The notes beneath the pieces were generated by a model. It was not told the DNA's origin. It searched no databases and saw only the letters and a program-made list of their open reading frames with translations. DNA of 64,000 bases. Origin: Eledone cirrhosa. Taxonomy: Eukaryota. The stretch lies in assembly GCA_964016885.1 (NCBI GenBank), contig OZ024762.1, positions 28,892,001 to 28,956,000 on the forward strand, given 5' to 3'. The position numbers were made by a program, and so were the translations under genes. Shown here one piece after another: positions 12,760 to 26,275 of the stretch (the stretch's first letter is position 1; every line of letters begins with the position of its first letter).

Positions 12760-15310
12760 AGGATATGGAAGTTAAAGGACCCCTCAGCCAGTTCCAAATT
12801 TAGAGATATTTTGTTTGATCTTTACAACAGTAAGGAAGAACAAATAGAAACATACAATATAAGGGAACAGTGGGAGTTCCTTAAAGAACCTTTGCTGAAG
12901 GTGTCAAACTAGATCTGTGGCTGGAGCAGGGCTTCAGAGAGAAGGAGAGTAACTTGGTGGTGAAACACTAGGGTAGATGAGACAGTTAAGGCCAAGAGAC
13001 AGGCATGGAATAATGGCAGAATGGAGGCAGCTGGAGGGTACACTACAGGAAGCTAGGCAAGAAGTATTCTTTGCAAGGAGGGAAGCAGAGAATATATAAT
13101 TTCAGCTGGTTTTATGATGTGAGGACGAAATACATGAGATGTTCAGGATTGTGAGGCAGTGTGTGAGGGAGGATTGTGATGTTGGGGTAAAGTGAGTCCA
13201 GGATGATAATGGAGCACTTCCCCTCACTGATGCTGAATAGGGTCAGCTGAAAAGTTCATAAGCAGACCAAGATACTCTCATGGAATGACCGAATGAGGTT
13301 TATTTTTCAACATAGTCCATGGAAGGAAATAATGCAGTTATTAATAAGAAGAGTTGAAATTAGTGCAGGCAAGATTTCATAGCTCTAGCATGATGCTATC
13401 ATTGATAGTCTATGAACTTTTCAGCCAATCTTTGTAACATGGAAATGCCTTTATGAAAGATTACTGAATGAAGAGAATGCCTTGGAGGAAAGTGGGCCCA
13501 ACAGAGGGTCCAGCCATACAAGTAAGCAGTAGCATAGTAAGGTAATTAAGGATATGAAGACAGAGAAAGTATCTTGTCCATTGGTGATAGTTGCTGAGAT
13601 ACTGAAAGTATCTGGGGTCGTGGGTCACATCTTAACCACTGGTATCGTTTACAAAATGGTGTCATACCAAATAAATGGTGTAGTATCATCATCATCAACT
13701 GCTGCAAGGGCAAAAGAGATGTACTAGAGCTAGAAACTATAGAGATATTAGATGGACCACTTCATGAAGATGTTAGAGTTATAACACAGCTGATTAGGGA
13801 CCAAGTTAACCTAGATGAGATGAAGTTTGGATTTGTGCCAGGTAAAAGTACCACTGATGTCCTCTTTCTTGTGTTGCAACTGCAAGAGCAGTACCTAGCT
13901 AAAATAAGCCCCTCTATTTGGCATTTGTTGACCCAGAGAGAGCTTCTGTGAGACTTCCCCATTCCCTAATCTGGTGTGTAACTTAGAAAACTAGGGGTAT
14001 ATGAGTGGCTTGTGAGAGCAGTAAAAGCCATGTATGGAGGAGTAGTCAGTAAGGTTAAAAGTAATGATGGCTATAGTGAGCAAGTCTATCAGGGCTCTGT
14101 TATTAACCCTCTTCTGTTTATTATCATTCTGAAGGCTATTACATAAGAGTTTAAGACTGGCTGTCCATGGGAATCCTGTATGCACATGATTGAACTCTTG
14201 TAGCTCAATCTATGGTAAAATTAGAGGAGAAATTCCAAACCTGGAAGCATGGTCTAGAATGAAAATGTCTTAAAGTTAACTTGGCAAAATAGAAAGGAAA
14301 ACAGGGTCTATATCCCCTCAAGAAAATGGCCTTGCTCAGTCTAAAGGAAAGGAGTAGGTAGAAATTCCCAACTATGGATAAACAAGAGATGTAGTTGGAT
14401 CTCAGTGAGATTAGCAAAAGAATGTAAGTTGTTTTATGTGCTTGATGCACAAGAGCAATATGTAGCAAGAGCTAACAAAATAATAAGCTACTTTAACCCT
14501 TTAGCATTTACATTACTCTATATATACTATTGTATTTTTGTGGTAAAGGCTTTATATTACATAATTATCTCACTTTATATCGAATCTATGAGATTTTGAT
14601 ATTATTTATTTTGAGAACAATACCTTAACTTCGGTATGAGTGGCCAGTTATGGCCGGTTTGAACAGAAAGATGTGAGAGTATTCTGGCTAGGTATGGCCC
14701 GTTTAAATTCTAAAGGGTTAAATGTCCAGAAGGCTCTGTAAAAACCGGTTCATAATTTCTGTTAACTTAATTAACCAAATTAATAGTGGAGGTGCGTGTT
14801 CTGAAGGTACAGTAGCCTGAATGAGAATGGGACGGAAAAAGTTTAGGGAGCTACTACTACTGCTGCCTAGAAAATGATTTCCCCTGAAAGTGAAAGGCAG
14901 ATTGTATGAAGTCTGTGTACGAACAGCAATGTTGCATTGAAGTGAGACCAGGGCAATATATTCAGAGGACCTATAAAGACTGGAAAGAAATAAAGTTTAC
15001 ATGATCTGATAGATGTGTAATAGTGTGCATGAACAACAAGCATTAATAAACTGAGAGAGAAACTAGGTATAAGAGAGGTCAGATGCAGTGTAGAGGAGAG
15101 GAGATTGTGGTGGTTTGGACATGTGATGTATATGAAACATGACAGCTGTATAAAAAGGTACAGGGTTGTCAAAGTCGATGTTAACTATGAAAGGGGAAGA
15201 CCTAGGAAAGCTTGGGATGAAATAATAAAAGCTCACCTTGCCCAATTAAACCTCTCAATGGAAATGTCACAGGATCGAGACCTCTGGCGTCATGCTGTTC
15301 TGTAGAAGAC
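12760..15310 (+). mobile_element. Degenerate RTE LINE with nested MITEs
   Basis: RT remnants (FGFVPGKSTTD, WWFGHVM, RGRPRKAW); interrupted by a small TIR element at ~13240-13432 and a TTAA MITE at 14497-14717. Confidence 0.8.
14497..14717 (+). mobile_element. TTAA-flanked piggyBac-like MITE
   Basis: ttaa|CCCTTTAG...CTAAAGGG|ttaa. Confidence 0.8.
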
Positions 15311-15818
15311 CCCCCCCCCCTTCCCATGTGCTGAAAATGAAATAAAACAAACATGTAGAGAACACACTAGTCTTCACCAATCTTCTTATCACCTCTCCCC
15401 ATTCATAAGACCCTGCCCTCACCTGCTAAATATCCCACACACCTCGTTGATGCTACAACAATAAAAGCACCCAGTTCATCCTGTAAGGTGGTCATACAAA
15501 AGTGTGCAGTCCATATTGTAACGTGTTTCGTGTTAAGAAGGGCATCCAGCCTTAGAAACCAAACCAAAATACACATCCATATGAGACCTGGTCTCCACAC
15601 CTGACATGTCTCATAACGTGACAACCTATTTAACCCATGCAGGTGTGATAAAAATGAACCTTAAATGATAATGTTGAAGATGATGATGATGGCATATATA
15701 AACAAACGTAGCGTATTAAAATACCAAGGGAGATAACTCCACCTTTGCTCAATTTAAATCCAATGTTAGTATGATTGAGCAGACCTATAATTAAAGTTGT
15801 TCCAGCCGTGACTATCAT

Positions 15819-15854
<36 letters not shown>

Positions 15855-16548
15855 CACTCAGTGCTCCTGTGGGAGCCCCTATATGGACACACTAGAAGAG
15901 GAAGACCAAGGTTAACGTATGTTGATGCCCTAAGGACAGACACTGGTCTGTTGGAGACGCAGGACATGGCAGCGATAATGAGGGACAGAGACCGCTGGAG
16001 AGAACTCGTCCATGGATCTCGGGAATTTTACCCGCCTTATATATATATATATATACATACATACATGTGGTGGTTTGTGACTAAACTGCAGAATATGGTC
16101 GTTGCTGTTGTAAGACAGAAGAGAGTGATATTTGACTGCTATTTCTACCAGGTCAAGTAACCAGGTAGGAGACTCCCTCGTTGATACGTAATAAATATTT
16201 CACTGAGTGATGCTGCGTGTTTTACCATGGGTTGGATACAATTGATGGAGTGAATTGATATAACTGAAGGTCTTTCTAAAGGTATGAAATTATGTCAGGG
16301 ACTTTTAACGTACGACACCGGTGTTATTCAGGAGAGTGAAACATTTCCAACGACACCACGTACCTACTATCTTAATTATAACTTTAATAAATCTAATTAT
16401 ATCTTGTGTAGCAATTATTTGATGTTAAGGTGAAAGTTAATATTCTGTAGATAACATATAGTGAGCTACATGTTCCAGGGTAGGTGTCCCATCTCCTACA
16501 TGATTAAATATTTCATTTCATCGTGAATGGGTTGTTCCACATTTTACA

Positions 16549-16638
16549 GGACAGTGAGAAATAGGTTTAAATCACCAACATCTGAACAATTAGCTTCCCT
16601 GGTCTTTCTTGACTTTACATTTGGACTTGAAATATAAA
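16549..16638 (+). other. Probable 5'UTR exon of the ZNF gene
   Basis: ttttacag|GACAG acceptor and AAA|gtacgt donor, conserved upstream of the paralogs (~27166-27254 and ~37515-37605 reverse). Confidence 0.5.
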
Positions 16639-16808
16639 GTACGTATTATTTGTATTGTTAACACAGCAGATATTGTGTACTTTTCTACACTCCGTGGTGA
16701 ACAATCCTCATTTATTAAGACACAAACACACATACTCTCTCTTACACTTTCTTATACCGACAACAGTCATATATCTTCAGAACTGCGAAGAATTCTCCAA
16801 GAATTACT

Positions 16809-18122
16809 ATGGAGGACGTTGAACACTTGGACATTTCTACCACACCTGTTTCTACCAATATAGATACAGTTACAGAGACATACAGTGGTGAGAAACCTTT
16901 ACCTAGTGAAACGTGTACTGAACAAGGATCATTATACAGAAATATTCTTAAATATAGCTGTGAGATTTGTAGGAAAACTTTCTCATCAGAAGATGAATTA
17001 TCTACACACAAACACATACATATTAAAGACAAACCCTATCATTGTGAAATATGTGGAAAATCTTTCACTAAAACTCCTCATCTTCGTGAACACATAAAAA
17101 GTCACACAGGAGAGAAACCTTTTCATTGTGAAATATGTGGGAAAACTTTCAGCCAAAATGCCAATTTAATTAGGCATTTACGTAGTCACAGTGGGGAAAA
17201 ACCATTTCACTGTGAAATATGTGGGAAACTTTTCGCTGAGAAAGCCAATCTTGTTAGACATATACGTATTCACACCGGAGAGAAACCTTTTCACTGTGAA
17301 ATATGTGGGAAATATTTTGCTGATAGTGCTGTTCTTATAGTTCACAGAAGAAGACACACTGGAGAGAAACACTTGCATTGTGAAATATGTGGGAAAGCGT
17401 TTGTAAAAAGCAGTGATTTAACTATACATAAAAGAACACACACTGGAGAGAAACCCTATCACTGTGAAATATGTGGGAAATCTTTTGTAACAAGCCTTTC
17501 TTTAACTGTACACAAAAGAACACACACTGGAGAGGAACCCTATCATTGTGAAATATGTGGGAAATCTTTTGTAACAAGCCGTTCTTTAACTGTACATAAA
17601 AGAACACATACTGGAGAGAAACCCTATCACTGTGAAATATGTGGGAAATCTTTTACACATACTCCTGAACTCATTGTCCACACACGTACTCACACTGGAG
17701 AAAAGCCTTTCCACTGTGAAATATGTGGGAAATCCTTTGGCAGGAGTAATGACTTGACTACGCATAAAAGAACACACACTGGAGAGAGACCCTATCACTG
17801 TGAAATATGTGGGAGATCTTTTAGCTGGAGTAATGTCTTAACTACGCATAAAAGAACACACACTGGAGAGAGACCCTATCACTGTGAAATATGTGGGAAA
17901 TCTTTTAGCTGGAGTAATGTCTTAACTACGCATAAAAAAAAACACACTGGAGAGAGACCCTATCACTGTGAAATATGTGGGAAATCTTTTGGCAGGAAAA
18001 ATGACTTAACTACGCATAAAAGAACACATACTGGAGAGAGACCCTATCACTGTGAAATATGTGGGAAATATTTTGCCAGGAGTAATATCTTAACTAAACA
18101 CAAAAGAACACATACTGGATAG
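16809..18122 (+). CDS. C2H2 zinc-finger protein, 14 tandem fingers, 437 aa
   Basis: Uninterrupted ORF with 14 CEIC-x12-H-x3-H fingers and TGEKP linkers; degenerate fingers continue after the stop. Confidence 0.92.
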   Translation: MEDVEHLDISTTPVSTNIDTVTETYSGEKPLPSETCTEQGSLYRNILKYSCEICRKTFSSEDELSTHKHIHIKDKPYHCEICGKSFTKTPHLREHIKSHTGEKPFHCEICGKTFSQNANLIRHLRSHSGEKPFHCEICGKLFAEKANLVRHIRIHTGEKPFHCEICGKYFADSAVLIVHRRRHTGEKHLHCEICGKAFVKSSDLTIHKRTHTGEKPYHCEICGKSFVTSLSLTVHKRTHTGEEPYHCEICGKSFVTSRSLTVHKRTHTGEKPYHCEICGKSFTHTPELIVHTRTHTGEKPFHCEICGKSFGRSNDLTTHKRTHTGERPYHCEICGRSFSWSNVLTTHKRTHTGERPYHCEICGKSFSWSNVLTTHKKKHTGERPYHCEICGKSFGRKNDLTTHKRTHTGERPYHCEICGKYFARSNILTKHKRTHTG

Positions 18123-18649
18123 AAACCCTATTATCGTGAAATATGTGGGAAATCTTTTAGCTGGAGTAATGTCTTAACTACACACTGGAGAGAAACCCTA
18201 TCACTGAAATATGTGGGAATCTTTCATTAGTAACAATGAATATTATAAACACAAAATAACAAACACACACTGGTGAAAAACTTTTTGCACAGTGAAATAT
18301 GTGGGAAATGTTTTTTCTCTAACAGTTACTTAGACACAAACACACAGAGGAAGGAAAGTTTTTAACTGTGAAACATGAGACATCCTTCTTACAAATCTAA
18401 ACTCACTTTTCCACCAATATCAAATGTGAATACTTGGCAGTTTAATAGACTCCAAACATTGCTGGCTATTTTTACAAATATATTTTCATTTGAAATTAAA
18501 ATCTTTCTCTGATCTATTCTTGACGTTTTGAATTAATTTTAAATCTATGCCAGAAATTTCAGCATTGGTTTGTCAACACCAACATTCCCTGCTATAGTGT
18601 GTGTAATTAAGGGACCCTCTATCACCTGAGGTAATGACTTGTCTGCTAT

Positions 18650-19025
18650 GTTAATACATCTAACACCCATCTAAATCTGTTATTAACACCATATGTAATG
18701 ATATCACCTTGTTAGTAGTTTTAATACATCTAACACCCATCTAAATCTCTGTTATTAACACCATATGTAATGATATCATCTTGTAAGTAATTTTAATACA
18801 TCTAACACCCATCTAAATCTCTGTTATTAACACCATATGTAATGATATCATCTTGTAAGTAGTTTTAATACATCTAACACCCATCTAAATCTCTGTTATT
18901 AACACCATATATAATGATATCATCTTGTTTAGTAGTTTTAATACATCTAACACCCATCTAAATCTCTGTTATTAACACCATATGTAATGATATCATATTG
19001 TAAGTAGTTTTAATACATCTAACAC
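18650..19025. repeat. ~63-bp minisatellite (~6 copies)
   Basis: ttaatacatctaacacccatctaaatctctgttattaacaccatatgtaatgatatcatcttgtaagtagtt unit; mirror at ~2090-2530. Confidence 0.85.
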
Positions 19026-19249
19026 AAACACTTCAATATTGTTTAAAATGATTGAAATTCTATCACTCTTCGTATATTTTACAACTGAAATTTAGAAATT
19101 TGACAATATCCTGGTTATAGGGCCACTAACTTTGGTGGTGTCATTGTTTCCCTAAATAACAAGAAATATTAAAACTTACATCACAAACTGTTGAAGTATT
19201 AGTTGTTTGTTGTTGAACCTGTAATGGAGATTTCTGGCATTCTTGGTAC

Positions 19250-19700
19250 CTAAACCACCTCCCTACTAACTGTTATCAGGGTGGAGTTAGCCACCCACAG
19301 GAGTGTCTTGTTAAACTATAGTGGTGGAGACAATTGTCAGACTTGGTCCCTGAACTACCTCCCTACTAACTGTTATCAGGGTGGAGTTAGCCACCCACAG
19401 GAGTGTCTTGTTAAACTATAGTGGCGGAGACAATTGTCAGACTTGGTCCCTATACCACCTCCCTACTAACTGTTATCAGGGTGGAGTTAGCCACCCACAG
19501 GAGTGTCTTGTTAAACTATTGTGGTGGAGATAATTGTCAGACTTGGTCCCTAAACTACCTCCCTACTAACTGTTATCAGGGTGGTGTTAGCCACCCACAG
19601 GAGTGTCTTGTTAAACTATAGTGGTGGAGACAATTGTCAGACTTGGTCCCTAAACTACCTCCCTACTAACTGTTATTAGGGTAGAGTTGGCCACACACAG
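19250..19700. repeat. ~100-bp minisatellite (~4.5 copies)
   Basis: ccctactaactgttatcagggtggagttagcc... recurring every ~100 bp. Confidence 0.9.
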
Positions 19701-20769
19701 GAGAGAGCCCCACAAATTTCAAAAGCTATTTCAACACATCTCACTTGCTCTCCTCCAGGGTAACCCCCTATCACCATTCTGTCCTCTCCTGGGACCACAA
19801 GGTAGCTGGTACCTAGTGTTCTCGATGCCAGAGAGAATTCTCCCACACTATCCAGGTTTGTATCATTGGGGGTAGTGATGGTATAGTTTACTGATTGTTG
19901 TTAGTCACAGTAAATTATAAGAAATGTTTCAAGAAATATGAAGCAACAAATATTATTTGCTAAAACTAGTTAAATCTCTATTGATTTGTAAATTAGACTC
20001 AAGAGCAGCAGATTTAGAAGAGGAGCAAAGTTCATTAAATCAACCCCAATTCAGATCAGATGACCGTATCTTGGTTTCCATGACTGGATGCCCTTCATAA
20101 CGCCAACTACATTTGCAGTGTGTACTGGGTGCTTTCTGCAGTATCACCAAAATGACCACAGTGTGGACTGGGCTCTATCATGGCACCAAAATGACTACTT
20201 TACAGTGTGGACTGGATACTTTTTGTTGTGGCACCAAGACAATCACACTACAGTGTCGACTATGGGCTGGGGTGGGGAGATTGATCAAATGTGGGGCACT
20301 TATCTGGTGAAGGGTGGGGTAGTTTGGGTGTATGTGGAGTGTTAGGACATTGGAGGGAGGTGTGATAGGGCATGGGAATTGGGTGAAAGGGGAAGGGTAT
20401 GGTAGGATGTTCATACTAGATGTATACTTTAACCATGCCCATTGGAGGGCAAGTCCTCGGTATAACTACATAACGCCAGATATCTCAATCCTGTGTTATC
20501 ACTTTTGAGATGTGTAATTGTGCAAAGTCAGCTTTTATCACCTCATCCCAAGTCTACTCCATAGCTTCCATCAACTTAGAGTAACCTGCACCTTTGTATA
20601 CTGCCATCATCCTTTATACACATCCCATGTCCATATCAATGTAATCTCCTCTCCTGCATACAGCATCATATATATCATCACCATCATTATCCTTTTTACA
20701 ACAGTTTTCCAATACTTGCATGGGTTGGATGGGTCCATTTCAGCACAAAATCTCTCCACTTTCCCCATT

Positions 20770-21560
20770 CCTTGTCATCATCTCTGTCCAGGTCTTTCTT
20801 GGTCTACCTCTACTGTAGCTTCATTCCACTGGGATTCCCTGGCACTTCTTCACCCAATGATCATCATCTATGTACATCAAATGTCCGTACCAACACAGTC
20901 TTCTGTTTTGCACACCACTTCGGATTCCTCTTAAACCCAGTTTATCCCTCAGTTCATCCAAGCCCTGTCTTTCTTCCACATTTGGATTGCACATCCACTG
21001 AAGCATGGCTGCTTCATTTCTTTCAAGACAATGCATATCCTCTGCAGTCACTGCCCATGTTTCACTACCATGTAGCACCACATAGCCTCTGCAGTCACAG
21101 CCCATGTTTCACTACCATGTAGGACCACATATCCTCTGCAGTCACTGCCCATGTTTCACTACCATGTAGCGTCACAATTCACACACAAGCATCATACAGT
21201 CATTCTTTTGTACATAGGGAGGAAACTTTTATCAACAGTGGGAGTAGCTTTCTAAACTTCGCCCATCCTCTCCTTATTCTAGCTATTATGTTCTCAGGGT
21301 ACCCTCCTCTGCTGCTAATTAAGCCACTTAGATAACAGAAGCTATTAACCACTTCTATGGATCCTTCCTGTCATTGGAATAGGCTTATATCATTGACACT
21401 CTTCTCCTCAGTTACCCCTGTGTATCTTTTACATACAAAACCTTCCCTTCCTGTTAGCCTACCCGATATCCCATTACATCACTTGTGTATCCAAGATTTA
21501 CATTGTGTACATTCTGTAGAGTTTATGCCTACTTCTTTTATAAATATTGAACAGGACCAC
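20770..21560 (-). mobile_element. Degenerate RTE LINE (mirror of 330-1290)
   Basis: [10 protein letters not shown]...RRLCWYGH on the minus strand. Confidence 0.85.
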
Positions 21561-23415
21561 TTTTGAGATGTTGAAAGTGTCTGGAATGGTGGGACATACT
21601 ATAGACACCCAGATAGTAAACCAAATAATACAGAATGGGGTCATACCAGATGACTGGCATAGCAGCATCATCGTTAACTGCTACAAGAGCAAAGGAGATG
21701 CTCTAAATAGAGGCATTAAGGTAGTTGACCAGGTCATGAAGGTCACAGTAAGAGTTATAGCACAACTAATCAGAGACAGAATTGATCTAGGTGAAATGCA
21801 GTTTGGGCTCGTGCCAGGTAAAAGTACCACAGATGCTATTTTCCTTGTACAGCAACTACAGAAGTACCCAGTTAAAAGTAAACCCCTTATACTTAGCTTT
21901 TGTTGACTTGGAGAAAGCCTTTGACAGAGTCCCCCACTCCATTATTTGGTGGGCCCTTAGAAAAGTAGGAGTAGATGAATGGCTTGTGAGAGCTATACAA
22001 GCCATGTATAAAGAAACAGTCAGTAAGGTTAGAATTAACAATGAATATAGTGTAGAATTTAATGTAAAAGTAGGTGTTCACCAAGGCCCCATCCTTGGCT
22101 TCGTCCTGTTTATTATTGCCCTGCAGGCTATAACAGAGGGAACTCCTATACGCAGATGATCTAATTCTCATAGCTGAATCTATGGCTGAACTTGAGAAGA
22201 AATTCCAAAAATGGAAGTATGGCCTAGAATCAAAAGGCCTTAAAGTAAACTTGTCTAAGACTAAAGGTCTAGTATGTAGAAAAGAAAATAGGGCACAGGT
22301 GCCTGCTCAGTGTGTAGGAAAGGAGTAGGTAGAAATTCCATTCTATGTCCCAAATGCAAACTATGGGTACATAAAAGATGTAGTGAGATCACAGGTAAGC
22401 TATCTAAGAATCTAGATTTTATATGTGGCCGATGCTCAGGTGAAATAAGCAGCAAGTAGACGCAGGATACTAGCACCTTCTACTACCCAGATGGTTCTAT
22501 AGAAATAGTGGACAAAATCAGCAGTGGGGGAGGGTGCTCTGAAAGTGTAGTAGCTAGAGTCAGAACGGGATGGAAAAAGTTCAGAGAGCTTATACCACTA
22601 TTGGCCGCTAAAGTTTCTCTCTAAAAATGAAAGGCAGATTGTATGATGCCTGTATACGAACAGCAATGTTACATGGCAGTGAGACATGGGCATTGTGTGC
22701 AGAGAACCTGCACAGATTGGAAAGGAACAAAGCATGCATGCTCCGTTGGACGTGTAATTGTAATAATATACATGAACGGCAAAACATAAAGGAACTAAGT
22801 GAGAATTAGGAATAAGAGGGATCAGATGCTGTTTACTTGAGCAAAGATTACGTTAGTATGGTCATGTGATGCGCATGAAAGATGACATCTTTATAAAAAT
22901 GTGCAGGGTGATCAAAATTGATGGAAGTTACGGAGTAGGTAGATCCAGAAAAACTTGGGACGACATAAAATCCAACCTTGCACACTTACACCTCTCTTAG
23001 ACAATGTCACTGGATCGAGATCTTTGGCACCACACAGTAACAGAGAAGACCTGCCATCCCTACTTGCAAAGTTAACCCTCAGTCAGTAGGCCCCTCCTAA
23101 CCAAATATACACCCAACCCTACTCCATCCTCCCACTCCCACCAACACCACCCTGTCTCTGTAAAGTTATGTTGGTACTACAACATCCAGTCCAACCTAAA
23201 GAGATTGTGTAGGTGTCATGACGAAAAGGCTCCCAGTCCACACTGGAAATGTGGTTGGTGTTAGGAAGGGCATCCAGCTGTAGAAAACCTGCCAGATACA
23301 GTCCTATAGGAGCGAGACACGGTCAACCGATCAATCTTGCCTGAAGTAGGACAATTCCCGTCTAACCCATGCTAGCGTGGAAGATAGACGTTAAATGATA
23401 ACGATGATGATGATA
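21560..23415 (+). mobile_element. RTE-clade LINE, 5'-truncated: RT domain, 3'UTR and (GAT)n tail
   Basis: QFGLVPGKSTTDAIF, AFVDLEKAFDRV, GVHQG, LYADD, LHGSETW motifs across frameshifts. Confidence 0.9.
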
Positions 23416-24343
23416 TATAGTGTATATAATAGTTGTAATGTCACTGGTGCTGATCTATATCAGCCTTTCCCTTGGACAACATGACATATAGTCTATATAT
23501 ATTGGACAATATTATATATAGTGTATATGTGGTGTATATAGTAGTTGTGACAATATTCTATATACATATGTACACACACACTGACAAACATGTACATACA
23601 TATAGAAGGGTCGGATGAGGAGTTCATAGGCTGACCAAGTTACTCTCATGGAATGAGACAATGTATACACAAATATATACTATATATATGTATACAAACA
23701 CATATATATTGTATAGTGAAGTCATACAACATATGGTAATATCATGTTTTCAATTCTCAGCCAGGGAGGTACATTGTGTCAAGCAAGACACACCATTCCA
23801 CAGGTCTCTAATCTCCACAGCTGAAAAAGACAAGTAGCAGCTTTAGTTGGAGGTTTAGCATGGGTTGGATCATTCTCTGCCTCCAACATTTTCCCTGCAG
23901 CCACAAACCCGGTCTTTACTACCTGCAATAGAGAGAAGAGGACGATAGTTAAATACTGGGGCCTGACAAACCACTTCTTCTTTGTCCCCACACTGCTGAT
24001 TTCCTCCTCAAAATTAGAAAGACAACAGCCCACTTGAGGAAGGATGTTGTAGTGGGTGCCTCTGGCTATTCCCTGTGGTAACACCATTGCCATTTTGTCT
24101 GTAGGGTGGGGCTGAATCACAGCTCAGACTGAAATATAAAGTCTGTCCCTCTCCCGTTATTTTCGTTGGATTGGCAGTATCGATAGACCGTCAGACGCCA
24201 TGCTTTGTAGCATAGAGTTACCTCCCTTTATGATCCGAGTTCAAATCCCGCCAGGGTTAACTTTGCCATTTATTCTTACGAGGTCGATAAAATAAAGTAC
24301 CAGTAATGCACTGGAATAATTACTGGCCTTGTGCCAAAAGTAG

Positions 24344-26275
24344 TGTAGCGGTTGTCTCCCTTGTGACTCACAACCCCAATAGATTAACATCTAGACGGGA
24401 AGTAGAACCCTTTCTGTAACTTCCGGTCAGAGCCCTATAAAACGAATAGCTTTCGGCTCTCTGCCTCTCATTGCCCTTCCGGCGCCTGGCTTTTACCAGG
24501 CGTCTTCTGCCAGCCGCGTTTGCCTGGCAATCAAAACGGTAACTACTAACTTTGCTTCATTCTATCATCTATTTCTTTGACAAGACAACTATACTATCTA
24601 CCATTGTTAATTAAATATTATCTACACAAACCATGTCTCGTTTTGTTGCATTCATACAACCCAGTATCTTCGCTATATTGGTAACCCTGACGTGATACGA
24701 ACACACAGCCGTTCATCGCTATAAGTGGTCACCCCGAAAAAAGAAAAAAATAGCAGATCTGGTGTTGTGTGAGTAACATTACGAATACACAGCAAATTTA
24801 TCGACAAACTATGAAAATACTCAAAGAAACGCACACACGCACATCTGGAATTCGCGTTCAGACAGACTTTTTCTCTCACGCATCAACTAACTGTCGCATT
24901 TCACGATATATATATATGTTTCTCGTTTCTTACAACGAACTCTTTCAAAACAAATAAAAAAGAAATTTGATATTCTTTAAAAAACATTTCAACAGGAACA
25001 TTTATTTTCGATGAACCATTGCCTTTTTTTTTTTTTTTTTTTTTCATCGTTTTCTTCATCGTTCAAGTTTTTTTTTTTTCTCAAAGTTCACACCAATAAT
25101 TATGCTAAGTGAAGCCTTTCTTTTTCATCATTGTCACTTTCACACTTGCACTATCATTTTCTCGCGCGTTAGAAATATTATTTTTTCAACCTTGTATTGG
25201 CACGTGTAGGCAGCACAAATTCTCGACTCACAGAGATAGCCGCACGCCAGAGATAACGTTTCTCGCCAAGGATTCTTCAGCCTTAAGCTATATTCTCCTA
25301 TTTGCCGGTTTAAAAATTTACTACGTAAATTTGCCGTTGAAAACTGCGCATTTATTCAGAATGCTTATTTCTTTGGTCGCTGGCCTCTTGACCCTTCCAG
25401 GTCAACGCATTCTCAACATCGACTGCTATTTCTAGCACTTTGCGCAACTCATTTTTTCTGAAAAAAATTTTTTTTTTACTGTGAATTTAAACACCGAATA
25501 CGCTCACTCAGCGAGATATCAACAGCAACACAGCTTCACCAACAACCAAAGCCAGAGAATTTATTTTTGCAGCACTCTTCCTGTGAGAAAATCCATGCGG
25601 AGGTTGGAAATTTCACGATATACCACAGAACAGAAACCACCTGCATTCATTCTCTGGAACACACTTTCTTTCCTGCTGTCATGTGATTGCACACCTGTGA
25701 ACTATATTTTGTACATTTGAACTTTGAGCCCTTCTCTTACTTTATTACATCGTATCTTTGGGTGATGGATAGATAGATGTCCAGTCGTTCTCTGGCCAAG
25801 AGCGGTTGGCTACCTTGATATCTATCATTGATTTTTGCAAACATTCTTTTGTCGTGATTTTCATGCCTGTTACAACATTCTCGCCAACTTGCTACATATT
25901 TTCATTCGATTTTTATATTCTAAAATTCTGGCGGGAGGTTATGTAGCGGTTGTCTCCCTTGTGACTCACAACCCCAATAGATTAACATCTAGACGGGAAG
26001 TAGAACCCTTTCTGTAACTTCCGGTCAGAGCCCTATAAAACGAATAGCTTTCGGCTCTCTGCCTCTCATTGCCCTTCCGGCGCCTGGCTTTCGCCAGGCG
26101 TCTTCTGCCAGCCGCGTTTGCCTGGCAATCAAAACGGTAACTACTAACTTTGCTTCATTCTATCATCTATTTCTTTGACAAAACAACTATACTATCTACC
26201 ATTGTTAATTAAATATTATCTACACAAACCATGTCTCGTTTTGTTGCATTCATACAACCCAGTATCTTCGCTATA
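24344..26275 (+). mobile_element. Non-autonomous LTR retroelement: two 334-bp LTRs, tRNA-Trp PBS, non-coding interior
   Basis: LTRs 24344-24677 and 25942-26275 nearly identical; PBS TGGTAACCCTGACGTGAT 24679-24696; PPT GGCGGGAGG; GTAG TSD within a SINE tail. Confidence 0.9.
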
